DNA of 64,000 bases from Spizellomyces punctatus DAOM BR117. Lineage: Eukaryota. The translations under genes and the position numbers were made by a program. The stretch lies in assembly GCA_000182565.2 (NCBI GenBank), contig KQ257452.1. The stretch is one strand, 5' to 3'. This document shows, piece by piece, positions 41,032 through 54,687 of the stretch (position 1 is the stretch's first letter; every line of letters starts with the position of its first letter). Below the pieces are notes generated by a model. The model was given only the letters and a program-made list of their open reading frames with translations. It ran no database searches and was not told the origin of the DNA.

Positions 41032-44000
41032 ATGAAGCCGCAAACGATACCTAGAGTGTTTGCGATTGCTGTGCTTCTATCGGCCGCGTTCTTGTGTACG
41101 GCGGATGCATCTAAATCCTTTACATTGTCTCTGATTCACACATCGGGGACGAACTCGAGTTATACCACATCAAAGTACAATAATGTAAATCGCAATTTTG
41201 GAGGTTATGCTGCTCTGAAGACGGCCGTAGATACTATTAAAGTAAGCAGTTTTCGAAATATTAGCGATGACCAAAAAATCCTGATACCAGCTATAAGGCA
41301 AACTTGACCGCACCCGGGATCTTTGTGCATGGAATCAACGCATTGGGGTTTTCGACCTTCTCGCAACACTGGCAAGGTAACCAAAATAACCGGATGAGTG
41401 CAGCTCCCATCGACAGCTGACGTTTTTTTTATTGTCACTTGCACAGGTTTGAAAGAGTCAGAGTATCTTGAAGATATAGGATTCCAATATACCGCCTTTG
41501 GCACGAGAGATTTCTTTTATGGACCAGAAGCGTATGCAAATAACTTCCTCGCGAACAGTTCTTTTGCAGGCAACTGTATCGCTTCGAACGCATTAATATC
41601 AAAGTCGCTTGCGTTAGCGCAGTATGTGACTCCATACCGAACGCTTACATTCACCGATGGGATCAGCGGCAATACAAGCAAAGTAGTTCTCCTCTCGTTT
41701 ATCAGCGACGAATTTTGCACAAGGTCACGATGTTCTGCTGTTCAAGGAAACCCCATTCAAGTCAAAATCGCAAATCCTATCAGCGCGATGAAAACCTTTG
41801 TAGCGGATGTGATATTTACTGAGAACCCTGACGTTATTATTGCCATGTCCGCAAATACCGATTACGCAACGGACTTGCAGATTGCACAGAGTGTGCCTGG
41901 TATAGATATTCTTTATGTGAGCGACGACAAAGCGATAATTGAAGGAACCGACTATCCGCGGGCCGTTACGGGACCTACTGGTTTGCAATTCCCGCTTTCC
42001 GTTTGCACGCTGGTAGTAAATCTGATTAACTGTTCAATGTTTAGGGGATACAGTTCTATTGATCAACGATCAAACCTCGATAACCAATGTCGATGGGCTA
42101 GGGCATCTGAGGGTCACCTTCAAAGACGGTGTCCCATATGCATGGAATGGAACCTTAGATCCTGTAATGTCATGTCAAGATGACCCATCACCTCTCAATT
42201 CAACGTGTTACGTTCCCGACCCAACCCTCAAACAGCGGCTAGACAACGATCTCGAACCTGTATATGCTGCATTAAACATCACTGTGGGTTCACTGCTAGT
42301 GGCATTGAATGGCGCACAAGGGCCGGCGTATCCATGCCGGACAGGAGAATGTTCTTCTGGAAGTGCGCTGGCGGACGCCATGTTGTGGAAAATGGATGCC
42401 CAATGCGATGCAGCCATGGTGAACGGGGGTTCCATTAGGGCATCAGTACCGGCCGGCAATGTGACGTTGATGAATTTCTTCAACATGCTTCCAAACAAGA
42501 ACAACATTGCCGTTGCGAGAATGAGGTTCGTAGCTCGGTTCGAACAAAACACCTGCCGTTGAGTTGTCTATACTTATTCTCCATCTTTTCGTATTCGACA
42601 ATAGAGGGGCGGACATTTTGGATAGTCTCAACAATGGACTCAGCAGAATCAATGCATCAGGTTCCGGACGGTTTCCACAAGTCGCCAACCTGATCTTTAC
42701 CTATAATTCCAACAATCTCGCAACACTCCGCTTGACGGGTTCAGTTATGATTTATAATAAGACGTTAGGAGAATACGTGGAGCTGGATCCCGAGGGAGAA
42801 TACAACTTGTGTGTCAATGATTACATGCGCGGAGGAGGGGACGGATACACGGCACTGCAGACTAAAGCGATCAGCGCTTTTGATCAAGGCCCTCCACTGG
42901 ATGTTGTGCTTCGAGAATACGTTTCTGTGGGTATCAAACGACCCTTGATTATGGTCATGAGCGATGTGTCCTAGCAGGTGACTGACGAGACCACCAATTT
43001 TATGCACAGGCCTACTCTCCGCTTTCGGCGCCCGTTAGTGGCCGGATTAGGGATCTTGCAGTCAATGTTTCTGGGACTAGTCCCCCTCTCACAGGGTCTT
43101 GCACATTTACAATGGATCCTGTTACATCCGCTTCGGGAAATGTAACAGATGTTTGCGCTGGCGGTAGGTAGTTTGACGTAGATTGCAGGCGTTTGGGGTA
43201 TGTTCGTAGTATGTATCATTCTAACTATTATGCTTCAGGCTACCGTTACCGTGAGGATGTCACCTGGACGATCTCGCCTTTGCTTCCCAACAGTCTTCAG
43301 CCTCGTTCCATCTATCTCAGATTCAGCAATCTGGCTTTAAATCCCAGCACAGACACGTTGTATATTCGAGACGGACCTACACAAAATCTTCTGACCGTTC
43401 GCTCTCCCGCTGATAATGTCACTTTGGTCCCCGCCAATTACACGACTCTTCCTGACCGAGTTGATGTACCAAATGCCGCATCCTTGCTTGTGCGGTTGGT
43501 TACTAATCGGCCACTGGACGGAGAGAGCTTGCGTCTGCAGTACACTGCCGATACCGGCTGTCCTGGAGGGTACTTGCTAGGGACACAGGCATGCCTGGCG
43601 TGTACTGCAGGCACATTTGCCCAAAAAGATGACAGCGTGTGTACACCTTGTCCAGCAGGAAGTATCACCGCAACTGACGGAATGGCGGCATGCACACAAT
43701 GTGCTCCAGGAACATTCGCAGACCATGCCGGGCAGTCACGCTGTAAAACCTGTGACGGTGGACGTATTTGGAACTCAGCACAGTCTTGCGAATGTCCCGC
43801 TGGGAATTACTGGAACGATTTCACTTGCTTGCGTACGTATATGGGTTTGTCCTTAAATGGGTTCATCTGTCTCACTACACTCTGTTCGGCTATAGCAATC
43901 CCGGCGTCCCACTCGGAGACAGGACAGATTGCAGGAATCGCTGTAGGGTTGGTTGTTGCCGCTGGGGGTATTGCGTTCTATGTGCACAGGTTTGTGTTCA

Positions 44001-45210
44001 GCGATGTTTTTTATTTCGGTTCCAGTCTTTCCGACGGGTAATGACAAATCGCTCCCTTCCTGAATAGACGTCGTATGGGTATCATCAAACGGCGACAGAT
44101 GGGGACAAGGAAGCAGACAGAGTAAGTAATAAGCACATATTTCGTCTTTCGTGTCTGTTGCCTAACCTGCGCATCTCTGTTGGGTAGGCTAAAAGCAGAT
44201 GTAGCAATGAAGCATCTCTTGCACGACATTGCAACTTCCTTGTTTTTAATTGCGTTTGAATCTGGCGACGTGGCAACAGACTGGATTGCCTTCTTGGGAG
44301 TGCACGGAGACAATGCATACAAGGTTGCCTACATCATTGCCTCCATTTTCGGATCTGTGTAAGTTTGATTGCAGCCGAGCAACTCTTTAGTCAATGACAC
44401 CCACACTCACGTACGATTCCTTAACGACGTTCGCAGCATTACCTTCATTTCAGCCGCCATCCGTATTTACAACATTTATGCGCTTTTCAAAATCCGCCGT
44501 GTTGGCATCAAGCTCGTTGCCTCTGGCGCCAAGGCCACATCATTCGAAGCCATGGAGAGGGTGAAGGACGCTCAGAATGACTCGGATCTGCATCTGGCCC
44601 TCCTGAATCTCAGAACGTTGAGACAAAAAGTTATCATTACGATTGCCGTCGCGGCACCCGGGGTGCTCAAAGGCTTGCCCATCTTCGTAGTCAACGCATT
44701 AGTTGGGCGCTCGCAAGGAATTGGTAAGTTAACATATACCTTCGTAGAGACCATGCGACATGCATCTGAATGAGCTTTTACATAGATATGCCACTTATGA
44801 TCTCTTTTGGTTTCAATGCTCTGGTGGTAAGTGCAATCTTCCCGCTCGTCTATAACTTTACACTCTTTAATCCTGTGAACATAAAGTTTTCCAATCATGT
44901 GAAAGAGGTTTGTGGGTGGTTCGCCCTCCGGCATCTATACGCCAAGCAAAAACTGCTAGCAGACAAGAAATTGGCAGAACGTGGCCTTCAACGACCTGAT
45001 GCCGCCCACCGTCTCATGACACATCGATCGTCGGTGGGCCCTAGTAAGGCGGAAGTGGAAATAGTCAGAAGCTCAGTGATAGTCGATGCTGCTCGTCCTG
45101 AGATTGGCGAGAAAGTAGATGGTGGTGCAGAAAGTGACAGTGAGAAAGGGATTGGGCCCACACATCGAGCAAACGACGGGGCGCACCATGATACTAAACA
45201 TGGCCTTTAA
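41032..45210 (+). CDS. Receptor-like membrane protein: signal peptide, degenerate 5'-nucleotidase (metallophosphoesterase + C-terminal domain), CUB domain, Cys-rich repeats, multiple TM helices
   Basis: FGGYAALKTAV, CRTGECS.G.ALADAM, NGGSIRAS, GRFPQVA and NDYMRGGGDGY indicate a 5'-nucleotidase. VTWTI...IYLRFSNL...DTLYIRDG indicates CUB. CxxCxAGTF-type repeats follow, then hydrophobic segments after ~43930. The ORFs are joined by short introns. Confidence 0.8.
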
Positions 45211-45803
45211 ACAGGATATCATAATAGTAAGCAAAGGGTATTTAGAGAATAGAATGGCAGTGATATTGCAAGCTTTTGCTCTAGGAATCTGTTTATACGT
45301 TAAGTTTTACTTCATGGCCTTATTAAAGCCATGCTATTGGAAATGTCACGATCGAAGAGCATTTACGTATCACTGAGCATCGGCAGAGTGAATTGATAAT
45401 AAGAACAACGGCGCTTGCAGTTCACACCTCAATATCGGTAGTAGACGACTTTTCTGGCGGAGATCTCGCAACTTGGAAGAATACGCTGCACCAAGCAATA
45501 CTCTTACGTGCAAGTATCCCGAATTCAAACAGCAATTTTAAATCGGTTGCACTACAAACAACTTGTGCCGCTCCCCTACCACCCATGCATTCTTATTTCT
45601 CATCCAATGCTTGATATATGGTCTCAATTCCTTGAAATGGTCAGCTTTATTCACAGATGATAACAAAAAAAAACAGAATCAAAAAGAACACTTCCTTATC
45701 AAAGGTCATTATGACGATCCACGTGCTCATGAGCGACATCAAACATTCAAATATCGCAACTGTCTTTCTGAGAGTCATCTTGCATCAGTAAAGCAACGGC
45801 GAG

Positions 45804-47853
45804 ATGAGTGTCAAAGACAAGGCTCTCCTCATGGGAGGCTCCGAAGCCCTTCCGCAACCTTGTCCCCATCAAGGGAGGAAATCCCCGCGTCGTAACTTGC
45901 GAAGATGGTTGTGGGGTTTTATCGCTGTCATGTTTGCGTGTCATACACTCCCTCGTTTGGTATACTACAATGCTTCCCACGACTGTGTGCAACCCGATAC
46001 TATTGTTCCTAAGCGACGTCAAGATATCACTGACAAGAACTATGAAGGCCTGTTCAAAAAAGATGCCGAGTGGAGGAAGGAAGCCAGTGAACGCCTCGCC
46101 CAGGCTGTCCGAATTAAGACGGAGACTTTCGATTTTCTGAGAGATGTCCCACCGCCTCAGGATGGGGAGGATGTTCCTGAGAGGAAGGGATTGGAGGAAT
46201 TCAGGCAGTGGTTGGAGAAGGCTTATCCTCAGGTGTAAGTATGCGACACAACGCGCGTGCCTCCTATCCTGTTTGATGACCGCCTTGGTATAGGCATCAA
46301 AATTTGTCAAGAGAAGTAGTCAACCGATATGCTCTCTTGTACACCTGGAAGGGTACAGATGAATCAGCAAAGCCGCTCGTGCTCTGCTCCCATATGGATA
46401 CGGTCCCCGTTCCCGAGTCTTCATTGGATCAATGGACACATCCCCCTTTCTCCGGTTATAACGATGGGAAATATATCTGGGGTCGTGGCAGTGTTGATAC
46501 CAAAAATACCCTTGTAGGCATTGTTGAAGCAGTCGAAACGTTGCTGCGGGCCGGATTTGAACCGCAGAGAACCGTCATTCTGGCTTTTGGTTTCGATGAA
46601 GAAATCAGTGGATATCAGGTGTGTTACTATACCGTCATGTACTTGGTTGGAAATGGCTAATGGTATGGATTATGCTACTGGTAGGGAGCACAATACTTGG
46701 CAAAAACGCTACTTGACCGGGGATTGAAGGACGGTGTCGAGCTCTTGGTTGATGAAGGGCCGGGGATTGGCGAGGATCAGGGAGCAACCTTTGCTCGGGT
46801 AGGAGTAGCAGAAAAGGGGTATACAGACGTGACGATATCTGTTATTACTCCTGGGGGCCATTCCTCCATCCCCCCTGCTCATACTGGCATCGGTATTCTC
46901 TCACATCTCATAACTCGACTTGAAGCCAACCCCCACGAAGCTGTGTTGAGTGACGACAACCCCTTTTTGGCATATTTGCGGTGTGAGGCGAAATTTGCGC
47001 CAGATATGAGTCAATGGTTGCGCACTGCAATCCGAAAGATCAATATCTTCCGCCCAGCACTCGTACGGTATCTTAGCAAAGACCCACGCACGCGGTATAT
47101 GCTCGCCACATCTCAAGCGGTAGATATGATACATGGAGGCGTCAAACGTAAGTATGCACAACATCTCACATCTGATTCCTAAACTGACTTTTGGATTCCC
47201 GTTTGCAGTTAATGCTCTCCCTGAGTTGGCTACAGCGGAAGTCAACCACCGTATTGCCGTTCACACGAATGTTAGCCAATTAGAGAGCCACCTTCGTCAT
47301 CTTCTAGGCACGACAACAGAAAAGCTTGGGTTGGAATTTATTTATACCGATCACTTGGGAAAGAACTGGACGAAAAACACACACTGCGAGAAGAAGTGGA
47401 CAGGAACTGTGCATATCACCACGTATAAAGGTGCTCTTGAACCTGCCCCGATTTCACCTTTTGAAAATTCCAAAGCGTGGAGCCTCCTTGGTGGGACAAT
47501 TCGCCGAGTCTCTGGTGATAACTGGGATTTGGGAAGCAAGGAGAAAGTGTTGAAGGCAAATTCCACCTCAGGAGACCAGAATCCCGTCATTGTTGCACCA
47601 GTTCTGATGCCTGCCAACACTGATACTAGGCATTACTGGAATCTGACCAGGAACATTTACCGGTAGGTGTCTGTACGACGATCTCCTTTTGTTCTTTGCC
47701 ACTCGTAACCCCTGCCTATCTGATAGGTTCAATCCCGTGCGTGGCGAGAAAGCATTTGGAGTGCACACCGTGAATGAGCACATTGCCATTGATGCATTTG
47801 TGGAGTCTGTCGCATTTTATCATGAGTTGATTAGGAATTTTGACGAACTGTAG
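45804..47853 (+). CDS. CPS1: M20 family Gly-Xaa carboxypeptidase (Cps1/PM20D1-like), type II membrane anchor
   Basis: N-terminal TM, then LCSHMDTVP, WGRGSVDTK, FGFDEEISG, VDEG, AEKGY, PGGHSSIPP, NTDTRHYW and VHTVNE. Confidence 0.93.
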
Positions 47854-48150
47854 ACCTGATGCGATTTATGGGCCTTTTTGTATGCAATACTTTTGTACTT
47901 GACCGTGCTGTTCATATTTTGAATGACTAGCTATCCTTGTCGCCCTCATAATTGCATATGGAAATGGTGCATACTTGGTATTTGAATTTTGGCCCAACAC
48001 TCTACGCGGTGAATCTTTGAACCGACGCGTCCCTCTCGTGACACACATCCAGATCTCACACCTTCACAGCTCACTTTCCCGCGACGACATTCCTTCAACG
48101 GCCATCTTCTTCCTAGCTCCAGGTACCCAGACTTTATAGACAAACGCACC

Positions 48151-49563
48151 ATGGCCGCATTTCAGACATTGGCATACTCTGAGGCAGATGGAATAGGTGA
48201 GAAGCACTAGCATTTGTTGCCAGCATGACTCGGAACTCACCGTTTGTTTATTTTAAGCTACTATTACGCTAAATCGGCCAAAGCACCTGAATGCTTTCAC
48301 GACTGTCATGTACACTGAACTTCCGATAGCGTTGAAGCGCGCAGGTTTGCTATCTGGCATACTATTCTCTAGTTATGCTGTTTCGATGGTGATATCTTAA
48401 ATTTATATTGTCAGCGGACAGCCCAGCGGTCGTCCTCACGCTCCTTACCGGTGCAGGACGCTTGTTCAGCAGGTATGCTAACGTTGAAGGGCCTCAATTT
48501 GTCAAGCAGCTGATAACCTACTCAAAGTGGAGCAGATGTAACCGAAGGGATACCAGGAACCATTCCGCCTCTGTCTGATACCGATGCTTCACGAGAGTTC
48601 TATCGCCGACGCTTTGATGGCACAATTGTGCGTTGCGGTTTGGCGTTAGCGGAGCATCCCAAGGTATTGGTAGTGGCATTGAATGGTCCAGTGGTAGGCA
48701 TTGCAGCAGGTGAATATGTGATAATTGCCATTGCCACATCAAGTCGATCTAACGGATGTAAACTTAATGAAATGCAGCTCTAATAAGCCACGGGGATATC
48801 ATTTACGCCGCTGAATCGGCGACTTTACACGCACCCTTCTCGTCTCTTGCCATTTCACCCGAGGGAGGGTCGTCCTTCGCCTTCACTCAACGACTGGGAT
48901 ATCCAAAAGCCATGGAAGCATTGGTACGTGAACATTTAAGGCCTGGTTAGCGTGGGAGATCTTCATGGTTTTGAGTAACATCATTATATAGCTATTTTCG
49001 CGCAAATTTACGGCGCAAGAACTGGAGGCGATTGGATTCGTAAAGTGGGTGCAGGCGCCGTTTGTAAACGTCCAAGGGTACTTGGATGAGGTTGACACGA
49101 CCTGACACGACTCCGGTTCCTATAGCAAAGTATTTCCACTTGAAGGATTCCAGGACAATGTGCGTAAAACGCTACTGGCCACTATCAAGACGGTCGTACC
49201 AGCGTCTTTGATTACGACCAAGAGACTGGTCAAGTCCAATTTCCAGGTTTGTCAGGTGCTTAGTGGTCCATATGGTACAGATGCTGAGTATGTCATTCCG
49301 CAGCGCGAGCAAATCGCGAGCATCCACAATGAAGCCAAGGAACTCACCGAACGGTAGGCTCTTGCACAAATGGTTATAGCGGGCAAATCCTAAATCTGTA
49401 CACAGCTTCGTTTCCGGTGACCCACAAAAAGTGTTCAGCGCTCTTGCAGGTATGCTCAACCCGGCTTTGCGGAAGGCAGATGATTCGTACCTTGCAGCAG
49501 GTGTAAAGGTACTAACATTCTGTTGTTCTTTCACCAGCCAAGTACAGCAAAAGCAAATTGTAA
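48151..49563 (+). CDS. Peroxisomal delta3,delta2-enoyl-CoA isomerase (crotonase family), many short exons
   Basis: ATITLNRPKHLNAF, LTGAGRLFSSGADV, HPKVLVVALNGPVVGIAA and HAPFSSLAISPEGGSS; ends in SKL* (PTS1). Confidence 0.88.
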
Positions 49564-49928
49564 GGTGCATATCTGCTACCTTGGATGCACATGTACTTCT
49601 GTTCGTATGACCGTTTTGTAATCTATGTACATTGGGAATTTAGAATCATTTGAAGACGGGCTTTGACCCGTTTTTCAATTGACTGGCAAGAGACTCTGCA
49701 GTGGTTGCATAATTTCCTGATAATATTCGGAAAAATCGTAGATATCATAATAATACTATCTATGTTCATCTCGTGGCCGGGTTACAAACCTAGAGACCGT
49801 CATGATAGATTTTACATTCTATCGGTGAAGGTCCCATCCCTTTATCTGCTATGGAAGGAACTATGTCTTCCTGCTCTTTTGGTGAGACCATCGCATATAC
49901 GTGTACACCCTCGTTTGGTAGAATATGG

Positions 49929-52900
49929 TTATGTCGAATTACATTTACCCACTAACTCAGATCGCAAAATATTTAAGAACCCATTATCAATGGGAGGCTC
50001 AGAGTCTACAGAGATGCAAAGTAAGTATATAAAAGCGGCACGTAGGATCCGGTCATCGTTTACCTTCAGACTCTCTCTCGTCAGCGTCTTCATCGTCCCC
50101 TTTCCCCGTCTTCTTCTTTCTCTTCGCAGGCTTTTTCTTCCCATTACTACTCTCCTCGTCCATTTCAGCAGTGTCCTCCTCTTCCCGTTGTTGGACCTTT
50201 GCATCCAATTTTAGCTTTGCTTCCGCAAGCCGAAGGATATGTTGTTCAACTGATCCATCCAAAACCATCTTGATGACAGTTACGTCCCGGGTTTGACCGA
50301 CACGATGGGCGCGATCTTCCGCCTGAGCGTCATTGTGAGGATTGAAATCCTAAGAAAGAATAAGTGTACTGGACGCGACGATCTGTCAACGAGTAGCTTG
50401 GCTACACACCAGGTCGTAAAGGAAAACCACATTAGCGCTGGTTAAATTGATGCCGAATCCACCAGCTTTTGTCGACAAAAGGAACACCGTAACTTCGTCG
50501 TTGTCGTTGAACTCGTCAATCATCGATTGTCTATAAAAGGGACATTGTTAAAGAGTGACCTTGAATTCACAAATCAGCACCCGAATAAGAACCTTTCTGT
50601 CACCGTTGTCCGCCCGTCCATTCTCAAAAATCGTATTCCCATGCTGTCCAAAACTGCCTCCAAGATATCCAGCATCATGACAAACTGGCTGAAGACCAAT
50701 ATCCGATCGCCTTTCTCTCGCATCTCCAGCAACATAACTTCGAGCCGTTTGACTTTGCCAGCATCCATCCAGTGCTTGGATTGAAGTCTGTGCTTGTAGA
50801 TCGACTTTGCGGGTGTTAGAAAGCCGGATCTGTTGTCAGCTTTTATCCCACCAACGTAGATCATACCTTGTTCTTCATGCAAAGCTGATGTAGCTCAAAG
50901 TCGGACATAATTTGCATATCTTCGTAGATGTAATTGCGATCAGCGTCCATGTATTCCACCTCCTATACCAAGCTTTAGTGTGACAATTACAAGAAGAACG
51001 TAGTCTTGCGTGCATCCACACCTTCATAATCTCTCGACTCATCGTCCATAATTTGGTATCCGTATAGTGTCTCCTAAACAATAATGGGTGATCCGCAGCT
51101 TTGCGAAGCTGCATAAGAACATTAGACAGTTGTTTCTTCTCTCCAGTGGGTGGACGCGCGTTCGGAGTACGGGGTGCTTGTTTTCCTTTCTTCACACCAT
51201 TAGTGGATGAAGTCTGCGCTGTCTCGCCATTTTCAAGGAGTGATTTTCGCGATTCTGCTATTATGGACTGTGAAGAGCGGGTATTAAGCAACCACAGTTC
51301 GTCAAAAGTAGTCAGAAAACCAACCTGGTACAACTCTCTTTGACCCTCCGTTGCCGTACAGGTCTCTATTCGGACGTGCTTGCTCGGGAGTTCCTTCAGA
51401 ACCTAAAGGAAACCAATAGATAAGGAAGCCATGCCTACTGACTTTATTATCTCGGTGTTTATACCTGCGCCTTCTTTCTCCGTAAAACAAAAGGTGCCAT
51501 AATCTTCTTCGCCCTTTCTATGCGCTGTCTGCTCAAAAATCCACTTTCCCCTTGGGCCGCAGATTGCTTCACATTGAAAATTTTGTTGAACGCTTCAAAG
51601 TTTGCAAAGAGATCGGGCATAATAAAAGTCAGCAGAGCCTGTCGGATGAGAGGGGTCAGGCATTGTACACACACTTGCGACGACCATGGGGTATACCAGA
51701 AGTTCCATTAAGTTATTCTGCAGAGGCGTTCCAGTGAGCAAGAGTCGGAAAGGCGTCTACGTGTAAAAGACATCAGCATCAGCCAGGTTAGTTTATGTAT
51801 TAATCACGTCTGCCCTGATCACGACGAGAGTACCAACCTTATATGACATCAGATGTTTGTATCGGGCGGACTCCATGTTCTTGACCATATCTACGTTCCA
51901 GGGTCAACGGAATTGCATGACGTACAAAGTTTTGTATTCGGTACTCACGCCCTTCATCTAAAATTAATGATTTACAGCGAAGCTTTCTTAGAAAACCACG
52001 ATCGTCGCGTTGGCCTGTCGCCAAGTTGTAGCTGTAGTACAATATCAATACAAAGCAGAAATAATCGAGTAAAGAATCGCATACTCACGTAGTGACCAGT
52101 ACATCAATGTCATCAATTTCATTATAAATAGACTCTTGCATCTCGTAACGATCCTTCTGAGATCCGTAGTACGAGCGGACGCGAAGGGACGGCACCCACT
52201 TCGCAAACTCTCGCAACCAATTTTCTAGAAACATTGGATTCATCAACCTCGGCAAGCTGGTATTTTCAAAGCATAATAGTTTACCAAGTGTAGAGGAGGG
52301 TACTACTACCAGGTGCGGACCTGACTTGCCATGGCTTTTTAGGTAGCCCAGAAATGAGATCACTTGTGCTGTCTTTCCCAAGCCCATCTGAAGAAAAATA
52401 TTAATTACATAGTCTCTCCAAATTGTAATCGAAAAAGCTCACCTCATCAGCGAAAATACCACCCAAGCCTTTGCTATGCAGCATGTACAGCCAACTAATG
52501 CCAACAAGCTGATAGGACTTTAATGTGAGCTCCGGATTTACCAGTGCCGGTTGCACTCGAAGACACTTGAACAGTGTCCGTCCGTCGACCTCCATGTCAT
52601 CCTCGTCACCCTGTACACTCTCGTCTACATGCGTCAGGCAGATTTCGGGAGCATCTCCATCCTCTTCGATCTTCTCCCCTATTTCCTCGCCACCCTGACT
52701 CTCCTCTTTGGTCCAGCGCTTGAGGACGCTCATGACCTCCTCTCCAAATTTCTCACATCGTTCAATAAGCATATCTACTTGTCCATATCCCTCTAGTACA
52801 TCTTGGTACTTGTCTGGCAATTTTGCCAACAATCGGTGGTTTTTGTGTCCAGCTAGTGAATCTCTTAGATGGGCCATATCTACGAACGGCCTAAGACCAA

Positions 52901-54158
52901 TGACAAAGTCTCCTTGTTCTGTGGTGCACATGATGGCTTCCATCAACTGTTGGAGAGAGGCAGTGTTGAAAAAGGCGACGGTTTGCGCATCCAAATCAAT
53001 TGACTTGGCGTAACCTCCATTTGGTCCTTCGTCAACATCCGTAGCTTCGTCAGATTCCGTGTCTTCATCTCGTATGCGAACAGGCTTTTGCTTTGGTGGA
53101 GGAGGACGTTTGATAGCCACAACTTCTACGTCACTGCTCTGCGGCGTCAATTCCTTAACATCTTTTCTTTTAACCAAACGCCTCCTTCTCGGACCTTCCG
53201 TTCCGTCGTTCGACAAACTGGCTGGCGACGAATCTCTGCCCTTCATGAGCAACTCGGCGGCGACCTCGACGTCATTACTGGCACGCTCCAGAACTCGTTG
53301 TAAAGCAGCGGGGTCCGAGTCAGGGAACGTATCTATCAGTTTTGCTAATTTAGCGTCTTGGCTGGTCCCTGTATTTGGAACAGGTTCTGCTGGACGTCGT
53401 GTTAGCGGTGAATCGTTCTCCACACTCAGATTCCGCGCTTCGGCAACCCATGGATGCCAATTGTTTCGAATTTGGTGCGACTTGAGGGCATCTCCCATAC
53501 TTGGTAATTCGTCTGTACCATGGGTTCTGCTAAGCTTTGACGTATGATCGCTTTTTGCTTCTTTTAGCAACGGTGTGGATTGGGAGGGTACAGCTCTTGT
53601 CGCAATAGAAGGAGGTCGGTGTCCACCATTAGAGATCGATGGTTCATACTTGAAAGATTTGACGATGTTGCCAAATGACTGATCCATTGTATTAGTTGCA
53701 TCGCTAATCGCCTCGACTGGTTTCACTTTACGGGCGCCATAGCGCGGTTTAGCCTTGAATTCCGCATCTGGCTTGTCAAGTACTGGAGTTGGCGATCGAG
53801 CAGGAGGATTTTGATAGCGCTTCACCGGACTGACCCAGTCCGTTACGGGCATGTCCACGTCCGAGGATAGATCCACGGCTGAACGGGTATCTTTGGGAAT
53901 GGAGCCGGGCCTTGCAGGAACCGGCGTTTCTGGAATAACAGTATCGGATAGGATCTCTGATGATCGCTGATTTTTCGGCGTTCTATCGACCGTTTGCGGT
54001 TTTGACGGTGAACTAAAGGTGTCTGTCTTTTCAAACCAATCCTCCTGGTCATCCCTCCTCTTTTCACCGCCATTGCCATTTTTCCTCAAAAGTCGCCTCC
54101 TCTTCGGTAAAGACGAGGAAGAGTCCACATCAGTATCCGATGAGTCCGTGCGCTTCAT
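49929..54158 (-). CDS. FUN30: SNF2-family chromatin remodeller Fun30/SMARCAD1 with CUE domain
   Basis: CUE-like LIDTFPD...DVEVAAELL, then [78 protein letters not shown] and [11 protein letters not shown]. The exact 3' end is uncertain. Confidence 0.92.
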
Positions 54159-54687
54159 TGTGAATGGCTGTTATCGTGAGATGGTTCGAACACACAGAAG
54201 GCTTGAGTCCCGGAGATCCACTTGACAATGACACAGATTTTAGACCTCAAGAACACGTCGGCTTAGAACAAAAAGGTCCCACCCTCTACACAGATACCAA
54301 CAAGTTTACCGAGACTGATGCTCGTCTTGTGAATTGTGAGATCTTTTGACATCGGGACGACCCTATTGCTTGACAGCGCACCAGCCATCTTTGCAATTTA
54401 ACCATATCAGGTGTTCTGCCACAATGTGGTGGCTTAACAACCTTGGCCAATGGCTTCACCGCTACTAAGCACGAGCAACGACGACGAGCAACAACAGGAC
54501 TAGACTGCGCACCACGGCCATTACGACCTGCATTACGTGGCCCTTGCCTTTCCAATCATCGCTTTCCGCGATCTTGCCTTCGAAAGTTGAATACATGCCC
54601 CACTGAATATTGCTCTAACTTGCCTTCCCGTCGTTCGGGATCTGCAGTTTTACCCTTTCAGCAGTTCCCTACCTGCGGTCCTCCGCC

